Below, in pieces: positions 28,630 to 39,742 of a DNA stretch of 64,000 bases. Position 1 is the stretch's first letter, and the number at the start of each line of letters is the position of its first letter. This stretch comes from an uncultured Candidatus Saccharibacteria bacterium (GTDB lineage Bacteria > Patescibacteriota > Minisyncoccia > Phycocordibacterales > DATDWN01): positions 68,358-132,357 of the forward strand of contig CAZRVD010000001.1 of the NCBI GenBank assembly GCA_964603545.1, read 5' to 3'. The translations under genes were made by a program, and so were the position numbers. The notes under the pieces were generated by a model. That model was not told the DNA's origin and ran no database searches. It was given only the letters and a program-made list of their open reading frames with translations.

Positions 28630-29025
28630 ATGTTAACAATTATTTTAAGTGCAGTTGCGATATTTGCTTTCGGAGCTTTTTGGTTTACTGTTTTGTTTGG
28701 ACAGACTTGGGCAAAACTTATGGACTTTAACCCTGCAGGGGACGATGTTGCTAGGCAAATGGGGATGGGTAAGCCCTTAGTTCAGAATTTTATATCAAAT
28801 CTTGTTATCGCAACAGTTTTTTACTACATGATTCCACAGTTATTGGTTTCTTCATATTTAAGTCTAGCAAAGGTCCTGTTTATAGTTTGGTTAGCCTTTA
28901 GTTTGCCTATTTTTGCCAATGCCGCTATTTGGGAGAGAAAAAGCTGGAAGCTAGTTTTGATTAACTCTGCTCAGAGTCTTATCTCTCTGGCTATAGTTTC
29001 AAGTATTGTCTACTATATGCAGTAG
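28630..29025 (+). CDS. DUF1761-like membrane protein
   Basis: GAFWF..LFGQTW, WERKSWKLVLIN; start is 28618 or 28630. Confidence 0.7.
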   Translation: MLTIILSAVAIFAFGAFWFTVLFGQTWAKLMDFNPAGDDVARQMGMGKPLVQNFISNLVIATVFYYMIPQLLVSSYLSLAKVLFIVWLAFSLPIFANAAIWERKSWKLVLINSAQSLISLAIVSSIVYYMQ

Positions 29026-29046
29026 TCAAACTGGGTGTTAGTAGTA

Positions 29047-29055
29047 TGTGGATAA
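29047..29055 (-). promoter_or_regulatory. Perfect DnaA box upstream of the rpoB promoter region
   Basis: TGTGGATAA. Confidence 0.45.
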
Positions 29056-29304
29056 CTTCATTGACTTTTGTTGACAAAAAATACCTATTGACATATACTC
29101 CTCTTTAGCTTCAATGATTGAGTTTCGGCAGGGGCAAGATAGAATCTAGGGTTGTTTTGAGTTTTTTACAGGGTTTAATAGTTTCATGACTATTTTGCAG
29201 TTCAATCGCTAACAGTTTAAAAGTTTTTAATAGCTATCCTCAGACAGGATGGCTGGTTTTGTTTGTAATTATTAAAGTTTCCGGGGTTAATTTTAATATT
29301 TTTT

Positions 29305-32300
29305 ATGCAAAAATTAAGAAGTGCTCGGCCACAGAAGTTTTTTAGTCGCTATAAAAAACCTCTATTGCCATCACCTAACTTTGTTGAATCCCAACTAGAC
29401 TCTTTCAAGATGTTAATTGAAAAGGGTCTCAAAGAGGTATTCGAAGAGTTTTCTTCTATTAAAGATTTTTCAGGAAAGAAGTTCACTCTGGACTTCACTG
29501 GTTTTGAGCTATCTGAGCCAAAATACGATGAGTATTATGCAAAGGACAACAAGCTTTCATACGAAGCACCACTTAAGGCAAAAGTTAGACTAAAAAACCA
29601 TATACTTGGGACAGAGAAAGAGCAGGAGATTTTCATGGCGGATTTTCCACTTATGACTTCTCACGGTACTTTTATTATCTCTGGGATCGAAAGAATCATT
29701 GTTCCGCAACTAGCAAGATCTTATGGAGTTTTCTTTACCGCTACAGAAATAAAAGGACGAAAGTTTTTTGGTGCAAAAATCATTCCATCTCGTGGAGCGT
29801 GGGTAGAAATAGAATCTGACAGCGAGGGTGTAATTTCAGTTAGAATAGATAGAAAGAGAAAGTTTGCCGGTACAACCCTGCTTCGGGTTCTTGGGGTAAA
29901 GGATGATGAGGCGATCAAAAAGCTTTTTAAGGATGATGCTTTTGCTACAGCTTCAATTGAAAAGACTCTACTTAAGGATCACACAAAGACTCCAGAGGAA
30001 GCATATATAGATATACACAAAAGACTACGAGATGGGGACTTGGCTACAGCCGAGAATGCCAAGGAATTCGTGGATTCTATTTTCGACTCCGAAAGATACG
30101 ACCTTTCTCCAGTTGGACGACACAGATTTAACAAAAGATTTGGTCTGAGCATGGACGACAAGGAACTTAAGAGAAAAACTGTATCTGTCTCTGACTTAGT
30201 AACTATTATTTCTCACGTAGCGATGTTAAACAACACTCCAAACGCTGCGGAGGATGACATTGATCACTTAGGATCAAGACGAGTTAGATTTGTTGGTGAA
30301 CTCTTTCAGCAAAACATCAGAAAGGGTATTGCACAAATAAAAAGAAATATTCAGAACAAAATGTCTACAATTGAGACAGATGTTACACTTCCAGTACAGT
30401 TTGTTGCTCCTAGACCATTACAAGCAAGAATAAAAGAATTTTTCACAACCAACCAACTTTCACAGTTCATGCTTCAGGAAAACCCCGTTGCGGAAATTGA
30501 GCACCTTCGAACCCTGTCTGCATTGGGTCCAGGAGGACTAAACAGAACTCGAGCGGGATTTGAAGTTCGTGACGTTCACACATCTCATTATGGAAGAATT
30601 TGTCCGATTCACACACCAGAAGGTCCAAACATCGGACTAGTTCTTCGTCTTGCCATTTATGCAAGAATAAATAGTTTTGGAATGATTGAAACTCCATACG
30701 CAAAAGTTAAACACGGAAAAGTTACAGACGAAATAGTTTATATGAATGCTTCTGAGGAAGAGGGTTATGCTATTGCACACGCAGCTACACCAGTAGATGA
30801 AAATGGAAAAATATTAGCTGATGAAGTTGAGGTTCGTATAGAAGGTAACCCAGCGACTGCTTCAAAAGACAAAGTTGATTTTATTGATGTTGCAACAAAC
30901 CAAGCATTCTCCATCGCAACTTCTATGATTCCTTTCCTAAACCACAATGAAGCAAGTAGAGCACTGATGGCATCAAACATGCAGAAACAAGCTACACCTT
31001 GTATTATTCCTGAAGTTCCCCTTGTGGCTACAGGCATGGAAGCAGATGGTATAAAAGACGCTGGTAGACTACTTTTTGCAGATGAAGAAGGAACAGTAAC
31101 GCATGCAGATGGAAATAAAATTGTTATAAAAAATAATAAAGGAAAGGAAGTTGAACACAATTTAGTAAAATTCTCTAGAACAAATGGCTTTACTTCTTTC
31201 CATCAGAGACCATCAGTAGATGTTGGAGACAAGGTAAAGAAGGGACAAATTCTAGCTGACACTTCTTCTAGTAAAGATGGACAGGCAGCGATTGGTCAAA
31301 ACATGCTGGTCGCTTTTATGTCATGGAGTGGTAGTAACTACGAAGATGCAATTATTCTTTCCGAAAGAGTTATAAAAGATAGTAAATTTACATCTATTCA
31401 TATAGATGAGTTTGTAGTTAATGTGCGAGATACAAAACTTGGTCCTGAAATCACCACTTGTGACATTCCAAACGTTGGTGAGGCAAAACTAAAGAACTTG
31501 GCAGAAGACGGAATCGTACGTGTTGGTGCAGAAGTAAGACCTGGAGATATTTTGGTTGGTAAAATTACTCCAAAAGGAGAAACACAACTTACTCCAGAAG
31601 AGAGATTACTTAGATCACTTTTCGGCGAGAAAGCTCACGATATCAAAGATACTTCAAAGAGAATGGAAGGAGGTAAAAGAGGAAGAGTGGTTAAGGTTCA
31701 AGTATTTAGTAGAGAGAAAGGTGACAAACTTGATTCTGGAATTATAAAAAGAATTCACATTGAAGTAGCACAGCTTAGAAACGTTTCTGTTGGAGACAAA
31801 CTTGCAGGACGACACGGAAATAAAGGAGTTATTTCTAGAATTCTTCCAGAAGAAGATATGCCATATATGGCTGACGGTACTCCAATTGACGTTATTCTTA
31901 CACCACTTGGTGTGCCATCACGTATGAACCTGGGTCAGATTCTTGAGCTCCACCTAGGCTTAGCGGCAAATACACTTGGTTATCAAGCTATCGTCCCACC
32001 ATTTGCAGGAGCAACTGGAGAAGAAATTAAAGAAGAGCTTGTGAAGGCAGGATTTTCTCCAACAGGAAAAATGAAACTGTTTGACGGTAGGACAGGGGAA
32101 GCTTTTGCTCAGGATGTTGCCGTTGGATATATGTATATTATGAAGCTCCATCATATGGTAGAGGACAAGATTCACATGCGATCTATCGGTCCATACTCTC
32201 TTATTACTCAGCAACCACTTGGAGGAAAGGCTCAAAACGGAGGCCAGAGATTTGGAGAAATGGAAGTGTGGGCACTTTTGGGTCATGGAGCAGCTCATAC

Positions 32301-32508
32301 TCTGCAAGAAATTCTAACTATCAAGTCAGACGATATTGTCGGACGCTCTGCTGCTTTTGATGCAATTGTGAAAGGTCTTCCAATCACACAGTTAAACATT
32401 CCAGCATCATTTAATGTGCTATTAAATAATTTAAGAGGATTAGCATTAGATGTTCAGATAAAAAGAGGGTCGAAAGAATTATTAGATGGTCACAAACAAA
32501 TCGTTTAG
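29305..32508 (+). CDS. rpoB: RNA polymerase beta subunit
   Basis: RDVHTSHYGRICPIHTPEGPNIGL, GDKLAGRHGNKGV, GGQRFGEMEVWAL. Confidence 0.98.
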   Translation: MQKLRSARPQKFFSRYKKPLLPSPNFVESQLDSFKMLIEKGLKEVFEEFSSIKDFSGKKFTLDFTGFELSEPKYDEYYAKDNKLSYEAPLKAKVRLKNHILGTEKEQEIFMADFPLMTSHGTFIISGIERIIVPQLARSYGVFFTATEIKGRKFFGAKIIPSRGAWVEIESDSEGVISVRIDRKRKFAGTTLLRVLGVKDDEAIKKLFKDDAFATASIEKTLLKDHTKTPEEAYIDIHKRLRDGDLATAENAKEFVDSIFDSERYDLSPVGRHRFNKRFGLSMDDKELKRKTVSVSDLVTIISHVAMLNNTPNAAEDDIDHLGSRRVRFVGELFQQNIRKGIAQIKRNIQNKMSTIETDVTLPVQFVAPRPLQARIKEFFTTNQLSQFMLQENPVAEIEHLRTLSALGPGGLNRTRAGFEVRDVHTSHYGRICPIHTPEGPNIGLVLRLAIYARINSFGMIETPYAKVKHGKVTDEIVYMNASEEEGYAIAHAATPVDENGKILADEVEVRIEGNPATASKDKVDFIDVATNQAFSIATSMIPFLNHNEASRALMASNMQKQATPCIIPEVPLVATGMEADGIKDAGRLLFADEEGTVTHADGNKIVIKNNKGKEVEHNLVKFSRTNGFTSFHQRPSVDVGDKVKKGQILADTSSSKDGQAAIGQNMLVAFMSWSGSNYEDAIILSERVIKDSKFTSIHIDEFVVNVRDTKLGPEITTCDIPNVGEAKLKNLAEDGIVRVGAEVRPGDILVGKITPKGETQLTPEERLLRSLFGEKAHDIKDTSKRMEGGKRGRVVKVQVFSREKGDKLDSGIIKRIHIEVAQLRNVSVGDKLAGRHGNKGVISRILPEEDMPYMADGTPIDVILTPLGVPSRMNLGQILELHLGLAANTLGYQAIVPPFAGATGEEIKEELVKAGFSPTGKMKLFDGRTGEAFAQDVAVGYMYIMKLHHMVEDKIHMRSIGPYSLITQQPLGGKAQNGGQRFGEMEVWALLGHGAAHTLQEILTIKSDDIVGRSAAFDAIVKGLPITQLNIPASFNVLLNNLRGLALDVQIKRGSKELLDGHKQIV

Positions 32509-32543
32509 TAACCGTGCAAAGCCGAGCAATGGTCGCATGACCA
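32509..32543 (+). repeat. 34-bp intergenic repeat, copy 2
   Basis: TAACCGTGCAAAGCCGAGCAATGGTCGCATGACCA between rpoB and rpoC. Confidence 0.8.
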
Positions 32544-32557
32544 CCAATAAAAATTAT

Positions 32558-35500
32558 ATGAAAAATAGAATAAACACAGACGCAAACGATTTCGAAACAA
32601 TAGCTCTAAAAATTGCTTCTCCTGAAAGAATAAAGGAGTGGTCATTTGGTGAAGTTACGAAACCAGAAACAATAAACTACAGAACACAGAGATCTGAAAA
32701 AAACGGTTTGTTTGATGAAAAGATTTTCGGTCCAGATAAAGATCATGAATGTTATTGTGGAAAATACAGAGGTATTAGATACAAAGGTATTATTTGTGAA
32801 AAATGTGGAGTTGAAATCACTCGTTCAATCGTTAGAAGAGAGAGAATGGGCCACATCGAGCTAGCAACTGTCGTTTCTCACATTTGGTTTTTGAAATCAA
32901 TGCCAAGTAGAATTTCTCTTGTTCTCGGTATTCCAGTAGCTGATATAGAGAAGGTTATATACTTTGCCGGATACATAATTACAAAAGTTTCTGAGGAAGA
33001 TAGGACAAGATATCTAAAGGATTTAGATTCTGAATATAAATCAAAAATAAAATCTCTTCAGGATGAAAAAACAAAAGAGAAGTTGAAAGAAATGTTACTT
33101 AATGCCAAGCGAGATATTGATTCTATCCAAGAAGGCAAGGTTTTGGATGAAGTAGAATACTACAACTTTGGAATGAAGTACGGAACAATGTTTGAGGCAA
33201 GTATAGGAGCAGAAGCGATTTACAACATTTTCAAAAAACTAGATCTAAACAAACTGCTTGAGCAACTACACGTTGAGCTTGAAAAAGCTGGTTCACTTGA
33301 GGTAGGAAAAGTTAATAAAAGAATTGGGGTGGTTAGCTCAATGATAAACTCAAACATCAGACCTGAGTGGATGTTTCTTACACATATTCCAATTATTCCT
33401 CCAGCACTGCGTCCTATGGTTCCATTAGACGGAGGAAGATACGCAACTTCTGATGTAAACGATTTGTATCGAAGAGTTATAAACAGAAATAATCGTCTAA
33501 AGAAACTAAAAGAAATTAGTGCTCCTGACGTTATTTTGCGAAATGAAAAAAGAATTCTACAAGAGGCAGTGGATGCACTTATAGATAACTCTATCAGACA
33601 TGGTTCAGCAACAAGTGCTTTAAATCAATCCCAGAGAAGAGCTTTGAAGTCTCTGGCGGACAATCTAAAAGGCAAGAGAGGAATTTTTCGACAGAATCTT
33701 CTTGGTAAAAGAGTAGACTACTCTGGACGATCTGTTATCGTTGTCGGTCCTGATCTTCACTTAAATCAATGTGGTCTTCCAAAACACATGGCTCTGGAGC
33801 TTTTCAAACCGTTTGTAATTTCACAGCTTCTAAAAAGTGAATTGGCTTACAACATAAAAGGGGCAAGCAAACTTATTGATGATGGTATTCCTGAAGTGTG
33901 GGCAATTTTAGAAGAAGTTATTTCTGACAGATTTGTTCTTCTAAACCGTGCACCAACTCTTCACAGACTTGGTATTCAAGCTTTCAAACCTATATTGATT
34001 GAAGGTAATGCTATTCAGGTACATCCACTCGTTTGTTCTGCTTTCAACGCGGACTTCGACGGTGACCAAATGGCAGTTCACGTACCACTTTCTGACGAAG
34101 CACAACTTGAAGCACGGGAGATAATGGCGTCTGACAAAAATATTCTAAAACCAGGATCTGGCGACCCAACTGTGTCCGCAAAAATGCTAGATATCACACT
34201 TGGTTGTTATTGGATGACAAAAGGAATAGATGGAGAGATGGGTGAAGGAAAGTTTTTCTCATCTCCAAACGCGGCCATTACCGCGTATGACCTTGGCGCA
34301 GTTTCTTTCAGAGCGAAAATAAAAGTTCTTCCATCTGATACAGAAAAGTACTCACAGTTTGGAGGAAAATTATTTGAAACAACAGTTGGAAGACTTTTGT
34401 TTAACTCCGTTCTGCCAAAAGATTACGCATTTATTAACAACGAATTTGATAGAAAGAAAATATCTGCACTAGTGGATGATCTTATAGAAAAATATGGTAT
34501 TGAAAATGTTCCTGTTATTATCGACAAGATAAAAACATTCGGTTTCAAATATGCTACTTACTCTGGCGTTACATGGGGACTAGATGACGTGGCTATTCCA
34601 GAAGGTAAGAAAGCTATTATTCTAAAATCAAAAGAGAAGTCTGATTCTATTGTCGGTCACTTTAACGCAGGACTTATTTCAAAGGAAGAAAGACTAAGAC
34701 AGACGATTGAGATTTGGCAGGGTGCAAAAATGGAAGTTGAAAAACTAATGCCTGGTGCACTTCCTAAAAACGGCTCAGTTCTTGACATGGTACTTTCTGG
34801 AACTAGAGGTTCTATGTCAAACATCACCCAGATGGCAGGTATGAAGGGTCTTATTGCAAACAACGCCGGAGAGACTATTGAATTTCCGATTATATCTTGT
34901 TCAAAAGAGGGTCTTACCCCGCTTGAATACTTTATTACTACTCACGGCGCTAGAAAGGGTTTGACTGACACTGCTCTGAACACTGCGAAATCTGGATATC
35001 TAACGAGAAAAATGTTCGTTGTAGCACAGGATACTATAATTGTAGAAGAGGATTGCGGTACAAAAGAAGGTGTTGTTATCGACAAGTTTGCTATTTCTGG
35101 AATCGAAACTCCAATTGCAAAACACGTTAAGGGTAGATTTTTGTCAGAGGATGTCTCCACTCCTGACGGAAAGGTTCTCTTTAAAAAAGATCACTTGGTA
35201 AGCAAGGCAGATGCACAAGCTATAGAAGCAAGCGGTGTTACAAAAGTGTGGGTACGGTCACCGCTGTCATGTAAAACTCCAAACGGTATCTGTATAAAAT
35301 GTTACGGAACTGATCTTGGTAAAAACAAGGTGGTTGAACTTGGTGAAGCAGTAGGAACAGTTGCAGGACAAGCTATTGGTGAGCCAGGAACACAGCTTAC
35401 TATGAACACAAAACATGCGGGAGCGGCTTCAGTTTCTGGAGACATTGTTCAAGGTTTGCCTCGTGTTGAAGAGTTGTTTGAAAAAAGAAAACCGAAGAAT

Positions 35501-36232
35501 CCTGCTGTTGTCTGTTCTGTTTCTGGAACTATTTCAGAGGTTAAGGTTACTGATAAGGAAAAAATTATCACCATCACCCCTGACCTAGAAGATAGAAAGA
35601 AATCAAAAGACAGAATAGACTACTCAACATCTCTAAACAGAACGATATTAGTAAAAGTGGGGGATGAAGTTAAAAAGGGTGACATAATCACAGACGGTTC
35701 AGCAGACATAGATGAACTTTTCAAATATGCTGGTAAAGATAAAACTGTTGACTATATTATTCACGAAATTAACAAACCATACGAACTTCAAGGGGAAAAT
35801 GTTTCCAGAAAACACATTGAAACTATTGTCAGGCAAATGTTCTCTAGAAAGAGAATTAAAACTACAGGAGATACTTACTTTGTAGCCGGGGACATTGTAG
35901 AAGCAAATCTTCTTACAGAGGAAAATGCAAAAATGAAAACTGAAGGAAAGGAAGAGGCAAAAGCAGAGCCAGTCGTGATGGGTATCACAGATGTGTCACT
36001 TTCAAGACATAGTTTCCTTTCAGCGGCTTCATTCCAACACACAACACGAATCCTTATCTCAAGTGCCATAAGAGGTAATGCAGATAAACTAGCTGGTCTT
36101 ATGGAAAACGTTATCTTAGGAAAACTTATCCCAGCGGGTACTGGTTTTAAGGGAAGTAGCAAGGCGGAGATGATAGCTAAGATGCGAGCAGAGAGACCTG
36201 TAGTATTCGACGAGAGCACTCGCTACCAGTAA
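32558..36232 (+). CDS. rpoC: RNA polymerase beta' subunit
   Basis: Zn finger CYCGKY...CEKCGVE, NADFDGDQMAVH, GEPGTQLTM; likely start MKNRI at 32558. Confidence 0.98.
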   Translation: MKNRINTDANDFETIALKIASPERIKEWSFGEVTKPETINYRTQRSEKNGLFDEKIFGPDKDHECYCGKYRGIRYKGIICEKCGVEITRSIVRRERMGHIELATVVSHIWFLKSMPSRISLVLGIPVADIEKVIYFAGYIITKVSEEDRTRYLKDLDSEYKSKIKSLQDEKTKEKLKEMLLNAKRDIDSIQEGKVLDEVEYYNFGMKYGTMFEASIGAEAIYNIFKKLDLNKLLEQLHVELEKAGSLEVGKVNKRIGVVSSMINSNIRPEWMFLTHIPIIPPALRPMVPLDGGRYATSDVNDLYRRVINRNNRLKKLKEISAPDVILRNEKRILQEAVDALIDNSIRHGSATSALNQSQRRALKSLADNLKGKRGIFRQNLLGKRVDYSGRSVIVVGPDLHLNQCGLPKHMALELFKPFVISQLLKSELAYNIKGASKLIDDGIPEVWAILEEVISDRFVLLNRAPTLHRLGIQAFKPILIEGNAIQVHPLVCSAFNADFDGDQMAVHVPLSDEAQLEAREIMASDKNILKPGSGDPTVSAKMLDITLGCYWMTKGIDGEMGEGKFFSSPNAAITAYDLGAVSFRAKIKVLPSDTEKYSQFGGKLFETTVGRLLFNSVLPKDYAFINNEFDRKKISALVDDLIEKYGIENVPVIIDKIKTFGFKYATYSGVTWGLDDVAIPEGKKAIILKSKEKSDSIVGHFNAGLISKEERLRQTIEIWQGAKMEVEKLMPGALPKNGSVLDMVLSGTRGSMSNITQMAGMKGLIANNAGETIEFPIISCSKEGLTPLEYFITTHGARKGLTDTALNTAKSGYLTRKMFVVAQDTIIVEEDCGTKEGVVIDKFAISGIETPIAKHVKGRFLSEDVSTPDGKVLFKKDHLVSKADAQAIEASGVTKVWVRSPLSCKTPNGICIKCYGTDLGKNKVVELGEAVGTVAGQAIGEPGTQLTMNTKHAGAASVSGDIVQGLPRVEELFEKRKPKNPAVVCSVSGTISEVKVTDKEKIITITPDLEDRKKSKDRIDYSTSLNRTILVKVGDEVKKGDIITDGSADIDELFKYAGKDKTVDYIIHEINKPYELQGENVSRKHIETIVRQMFSRKRIKTTGDTYFVAGDIVEANLLTEENAKMKTEGKEEAKAEPVVMGITDVSLSRHSFLSAASFQHTTRILISSAIRGNADKLAGLMENVILGKLIPAGTGFKGSSKAEMIAKMRAERPVVFDESTRYQ

Positions 36233-36355
36233 AAGTTTCCAAATTTGGCCAATTTCTTTGTCAGAGTTCAAAAAATAATTCTCACCGTACTAGTTGTACG
36301 ACTCGAATTATTTTTATCCTCTTTCGCGAAATTGTCTCAAATTTGAAAATTTTAC
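36229..36355 (+). repeat. ~120-bp imperfect palindromic element, copy C
   Basis: GTAAAAGTTTCCAAATTTG...CACCGTACTAGTTGTACGACTC...CAAATTTGAAAATTTTAC; overlaps the rpoC stop. Confidence 0.8.
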
Positions 36356-36392
36356 GAGAATTCTGATGATAAAGTTTTAAACTCAAAACTAA

Positions 36393-38168
36393 ATGTCCTC
36401 AGTAGATCAAATCAAATCAAAAATAGATATCGTAAGCCTAGTTTCATCTTATATAAAACTGGAAAAGGCTGGAACGAACTTTAAAGGCAAGTGTCCTTTT
36501 CACAACGAAAAGACGCCGTCCTTTTTCGTCTCTCAAGATAGGGGCAACTATTATTGTTTTGGCTGTCACGCTAAAGGCGACATCTTTACTTTTGTACAGG
36601 AGTTTGAAGGGTTGGATTTTGTTGGAGCGCTTAAAGTTTTGGCAGAAAAGGCAGGAGTAGAGCTTGAGCAGTACAAAAGCGGAGAGAAGTCAGAAAAAGA
36701 CAGACTTTTTTCTGTTCTAGAAAAAGCAGTTTTCTTTTACGAAAAAAAATTATCTGAAAATAAGATTGCCTTGGACTATGTTCACAGTAGGGGCATCACA
36801 GACGAAACAGTAAAAAATTTCCGTATTGGTTATGCACCACTTGACTGGAGATTACTTTATGACTATCTGAAAGAAAAAGGTGTGACAGAAAAAGATATGC
36901 TTGCTGTAGGGCTCATAAAACAAAAAGATTCTACTTTTTCTAGCTCCTCTTATTATGATGTTTTTCGTGGAAGAATTATGTTTCCAATAGCAGACTCTTC
37001 CGGAAGAGTAGTTGGTTTTTCTGGAAGAATCTTGGTTCCTGACGAAAAGTCTCCAAAATATTTAAACACTCCTGAAACAGAACTCTATAATAAATCGGAA
37101 ATTCTTTTTGGGTTAGATAAGGCCAAGAAAGATATAAAACTAAAAGACTATTCTATTTTGGTAGAGGGTCAAATGGATCTTGTAATGATGCACCAGGTAG
37201 GGATGTCTAATACTGTAGCTTCTTCTGGCACGGCAGTTACAGCTGATGAAAACAAGAAAGATGAAGATAATAAAAGATCTCAGGATCACCTTGTTAAACT
37301 TCGCCGTCTTTCAAATCGCATAGTCATGTCTTTTGATTCAGATAGTGCTGGTTTCTCGGCTTCTAATAGAACTGCTAAACTTGCTTTGGCTCTAGATATG
37401 GACTTGAAAATTGTTAAATTGCCGAAAGGTAAGGACCCTGCAGAACTTGCAAAAGAGGATCCGGAGTTACTGAAAGAGTGTTTTAGGAACTCTAAATCAA
37501 TAGTAGATTTCTACGTTGATTACTTATTAGATCAAGATTTAAACCCTAGAGATTTAGCAACAGAAATAAGGAAAAAAGTATTACCATATGTAGCAGAAAT
37601 GGCACCTACAAATCAATCTTCGTCAATAATGAGTATTAACCAAAAAACTTTTATCAATCCAGAAGCATTACGTGCCGACCTAAATACTATAACTACTGGC
37701 CAAACCCCTTATGTTCCAGTAATAAATACTTCTCCACCTGGAAAAAGAGTGGATAGTATAGAGAGAAAAATATTTGGAATTATACTTTGGACAAAGGAGA
37801 AAAAAAATAAAGAAGAAGATGTCAAAGTTGAGATAGATGTAGAGAGTCGGGCAAAAGCAATTTTAGGAAAAAGATTGGATGAACTTGAAAAAGAATTTCA
37901 AAAAGATAAGGAACTACTTTTATTTGAGACGGAAAGCTATTATAATGATAAGGCAAATTTAGAAAAAGATATTGACGAACTCCTAGTCTCACTTGAGGAA
38001 GAATATTTAAAAAAAGATTTGTCTCTTGCCATGATAAATCTTCAAAAGGCCGAGCAGAAAAGGGAAAGTGGGGAGGTCTTAAAATTTTTAGAAGAGTGCC
38101 AGAGAATAACACAAAGAATAAACACAATAAGAACAATCAAAAACGCATTCCAAGATAATACAAAATGA
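36393..38168 (+). CDS. dnaG: DNA primase
   Basis: [11 protein letters not shown]...CFGC Zn finger, [21 protein letters not shown]. Confidence 0.95.
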   Translation: MSSVDQIKSKIDIVSLVSSYIKLEKAGTNFKGKCPFHNEKTPSFFVSQDRGNYYCFGCHAKGDIFTFVQEFEGLDFVGALKVLAEKAGVELEQYKSGEKSEKDRLFSVLEKAVFFYEKKLSENKIALDYVHSRGITDETVKNFRIGYAPLDWRLLYDYLKEKGVTEKDMLAVGLIKQKDSTFSSSSYYDVFRGRIMFPIADSSGRVVGFSGRILVPDEKSPKYLNTPETELYNKSEILFGLDKAKKDIKLKDYSILVEGQMDLVMMHQVGMSNTVASSGTAVTADENKKDEDNKRSQDHLVKLRRLSNRIVMSFDSDSAGFSASNRTAKLALALDMDLKIVKLPKGKDPAELAKEDPELLKECFRNSKSIVDFYVDYLLDQDLNPRDLATEIRKKVLPYVAEMAPTNQSSSIMSINQKTFINPEALRADLNTITTGQTPYVPVINTSPPGKRVDSIERKIFGIILWTKEKKNKEEDVKVEIDVESRAKAILGKRLDELEKEFQKDKELLLFETESYYNDKANLEKDIDELLVSLEEEYLKKDLSLAMINLQKAEQKRESGEVLKFLEECQRITQRINTIRTIKNAFQDNTK

Positions 38169-39490
38169 AAAAAGGTAAAAAATCAAAAAAAAATAAATCT
38201 GTCTCACGGAAGTCTACAAAAAAAGTAGCAAGAAAACCTGAGAAGAAAGTGAAGAAGGTAAGGGTATCTAGTAGACAGCCGAAGCGTAAGCTACGAAAGC
38301 CTAAGAAAATATCCGTACCTAAAATTCGTTTAAAAAAGAAAAACAAGTCTTCTCTTGCCATGAGAGCCTCTAAATCCGTGCCAAAAAGTACCAAAGTACT
38401 TAAAAAGGCAGATAAACAGCACGATGGAATGGCGAGACTTCTTCACAAAGGAAAGGAGAGGGGCTATATAACGTTTGATGAAATTTTGAAGGAGTTTCCT
38501 ACTGTTGAGGATGACATTCTTTTCCTAGAAGAACTTTATGATAAGTTTTCAGTAAGTGGTATAGACGTTTTGGAAGGAGGCGGACTTCTTGACGCTTCTA
38601 CTACAGAAGATTTAGTAAGTAAAAAATATACATATGGCAGAGGCAATGAGTCTTCGTACGATTCTATTCAGATGTACCTAAAGGAAATTGGTCAGTACCA
38701 ACTTATTTCTGGTGGAATGGAAAAAGAATTGGCAAAAAGAATTGAGGCGGGGGATGTGGAAGCAAAAACTCTTTTAGCTCGAGCAAATCTCCGTTTGGTT
38801 GTTTCTATCGCAAAAAAATATGCAAATCGAAGTGCGGATCTGACACTTCTAGATCTTATTCAAGAGGGAAATCTAGGTTTGTTTAAGGCGGTAGATAAAT
38901 TTGATTGGACAAAGGGTTACAAGTTTTCAACATATGCAACTTGGTGGATACGCCAAGCTATCACTCGTGCCTTAGCAGACCAAAGCAGAACAATTCGTGT
39001 ACCAGTACACATGGTAGAGACAATCGCAAAATACAAACAAGTAGTAAGACGACTTTCACAAGACTTGGGCAGAGATCCACTTCCAGAGGAAATTGCAGTT
39101 GAGATGAATCTTAGTGTTGATAAAGTTTATACAATTGAAAAAATTGACCAAAGTACACTTTCTCTTGAAGCACCGATAGGGGATGAAGGAGATGAAAGTA
39201 AAAGTAAGCTCGGGGATTTCTTGGCTGATGATAAAATACTTTCTCCAGAACAAGAAGCATCACGCAGAATTATAGGAGACCAAGTTCGTGAAATACTAAA
39301 CGACCTTCCAGAAAAAGAAAGAAAAATTCTAGAACTTAGACATGGACTTGTCGACGGCGTTACTCATACACTTGAAGAAGTGGGGAAAGAGTTCGGAGTT
39401 ACGAGAGAGAGAATTCGACAAATCGAAGCTAAGGCGCATGAGAAAATCCGCCAGCATGACAAGATCAATAGGTTAAGGAACTATTACTAG
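38165..39490 (+). CDS. rpoD: Primary sigma factor with Lys-rich N-terminal extension
   Basis: [54 protein letters not shown]. Confidence 0.95.
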   Translation: MKKGKKSKKNKSVSRKSTKKVARKPEKKVKKVRVSSRQPKRKLRKPKKISVPKIRLKKKNKSSLAMRASKSVPKSTKVLKKADKQHDGMARLLHKGKERGYITFDEILKEFPTVEDDILFLEELYDKFSVSGIDVLEGGGLLDASTTEDLVSKKYTYGRGNESSYDSIQMYLKEIGQYQLISGGMEKELAKRIEAGDVEAKTLLARANLRLVVSIAKKYANRSADLTLLDLIQEGNLGLFKAVDKFDWTKGYKFSTYATWWIRQAITRALADQSRTIRVPVHMVETIAKYKQVVRRLSQDLGRDPLPEEIAVEMNLSVDKVYTIEKIDQSTLSLEAPIGDEGDESKSKLGDFLADDKILSPEQEASRRIIGDQVREILNDLPEKERKILELRHGLVDGVTHTLEEVGKEFGVTRERIRQIEAKAHEKIRQHDKINRLRNYY

Positions 39491-39494
39491 GCTC

Positions 39495-39605
39495 GGGTCT
39501 TTTTACTCAATCTCATCTTCTAAAATTTGAAAATAATCATCACCTTACTACTTGTAAGGCTCTTCATATTTTAAAATTTTATAAGCGACCTTGAGCAAAA
39601 ATCCT
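39495..39605 (+). repeat. ~120-bp imperfect palindromic element, copy D
   Basis: CAATCTCATCTTCTAAAATTTGAAAATAATCATCACCTTACTACTTGTAAGGCTC...TAAGCGACCTTG, closely similar to copy E. Confidence 0.85.
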
Positions 39606-39626
39606 CCAAGTTTCATAGCTTCATTA

Positions 39627-39664
39627 AATACAAGAACACTCTCAATTGAGAGTGTTCTTGTATT
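39627..39664. terminator. Perfect 38-bp palindrome (terminator-like)
   Basis: AATACAAGAACACTCTCAA|TTGAGAGTGTTCTTGTATT. Confidence 0.6.
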
Positions 39665-39742
39665 GACAAAAGGAAATAATTATGCTAGTGTCTTGCGCAG
39701 GAGGGGATTTTCCCCTTGCATTAGACCAGAAAGGTTACTACG

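Noticed and set aside
26028-29055. Replication origin suggested by DnaA boxes
   Set aside because: The boxes are isolated singles kilobases apart, with no cluster and no dnaA or dnaN nearby.
32486-32557. N-terminal extension of RpoC overlapping rpoB in the ORF track
   Set aside because: It reads through the intergenic 34-bp repeat; conserved RpoC sequence begins near 32558.
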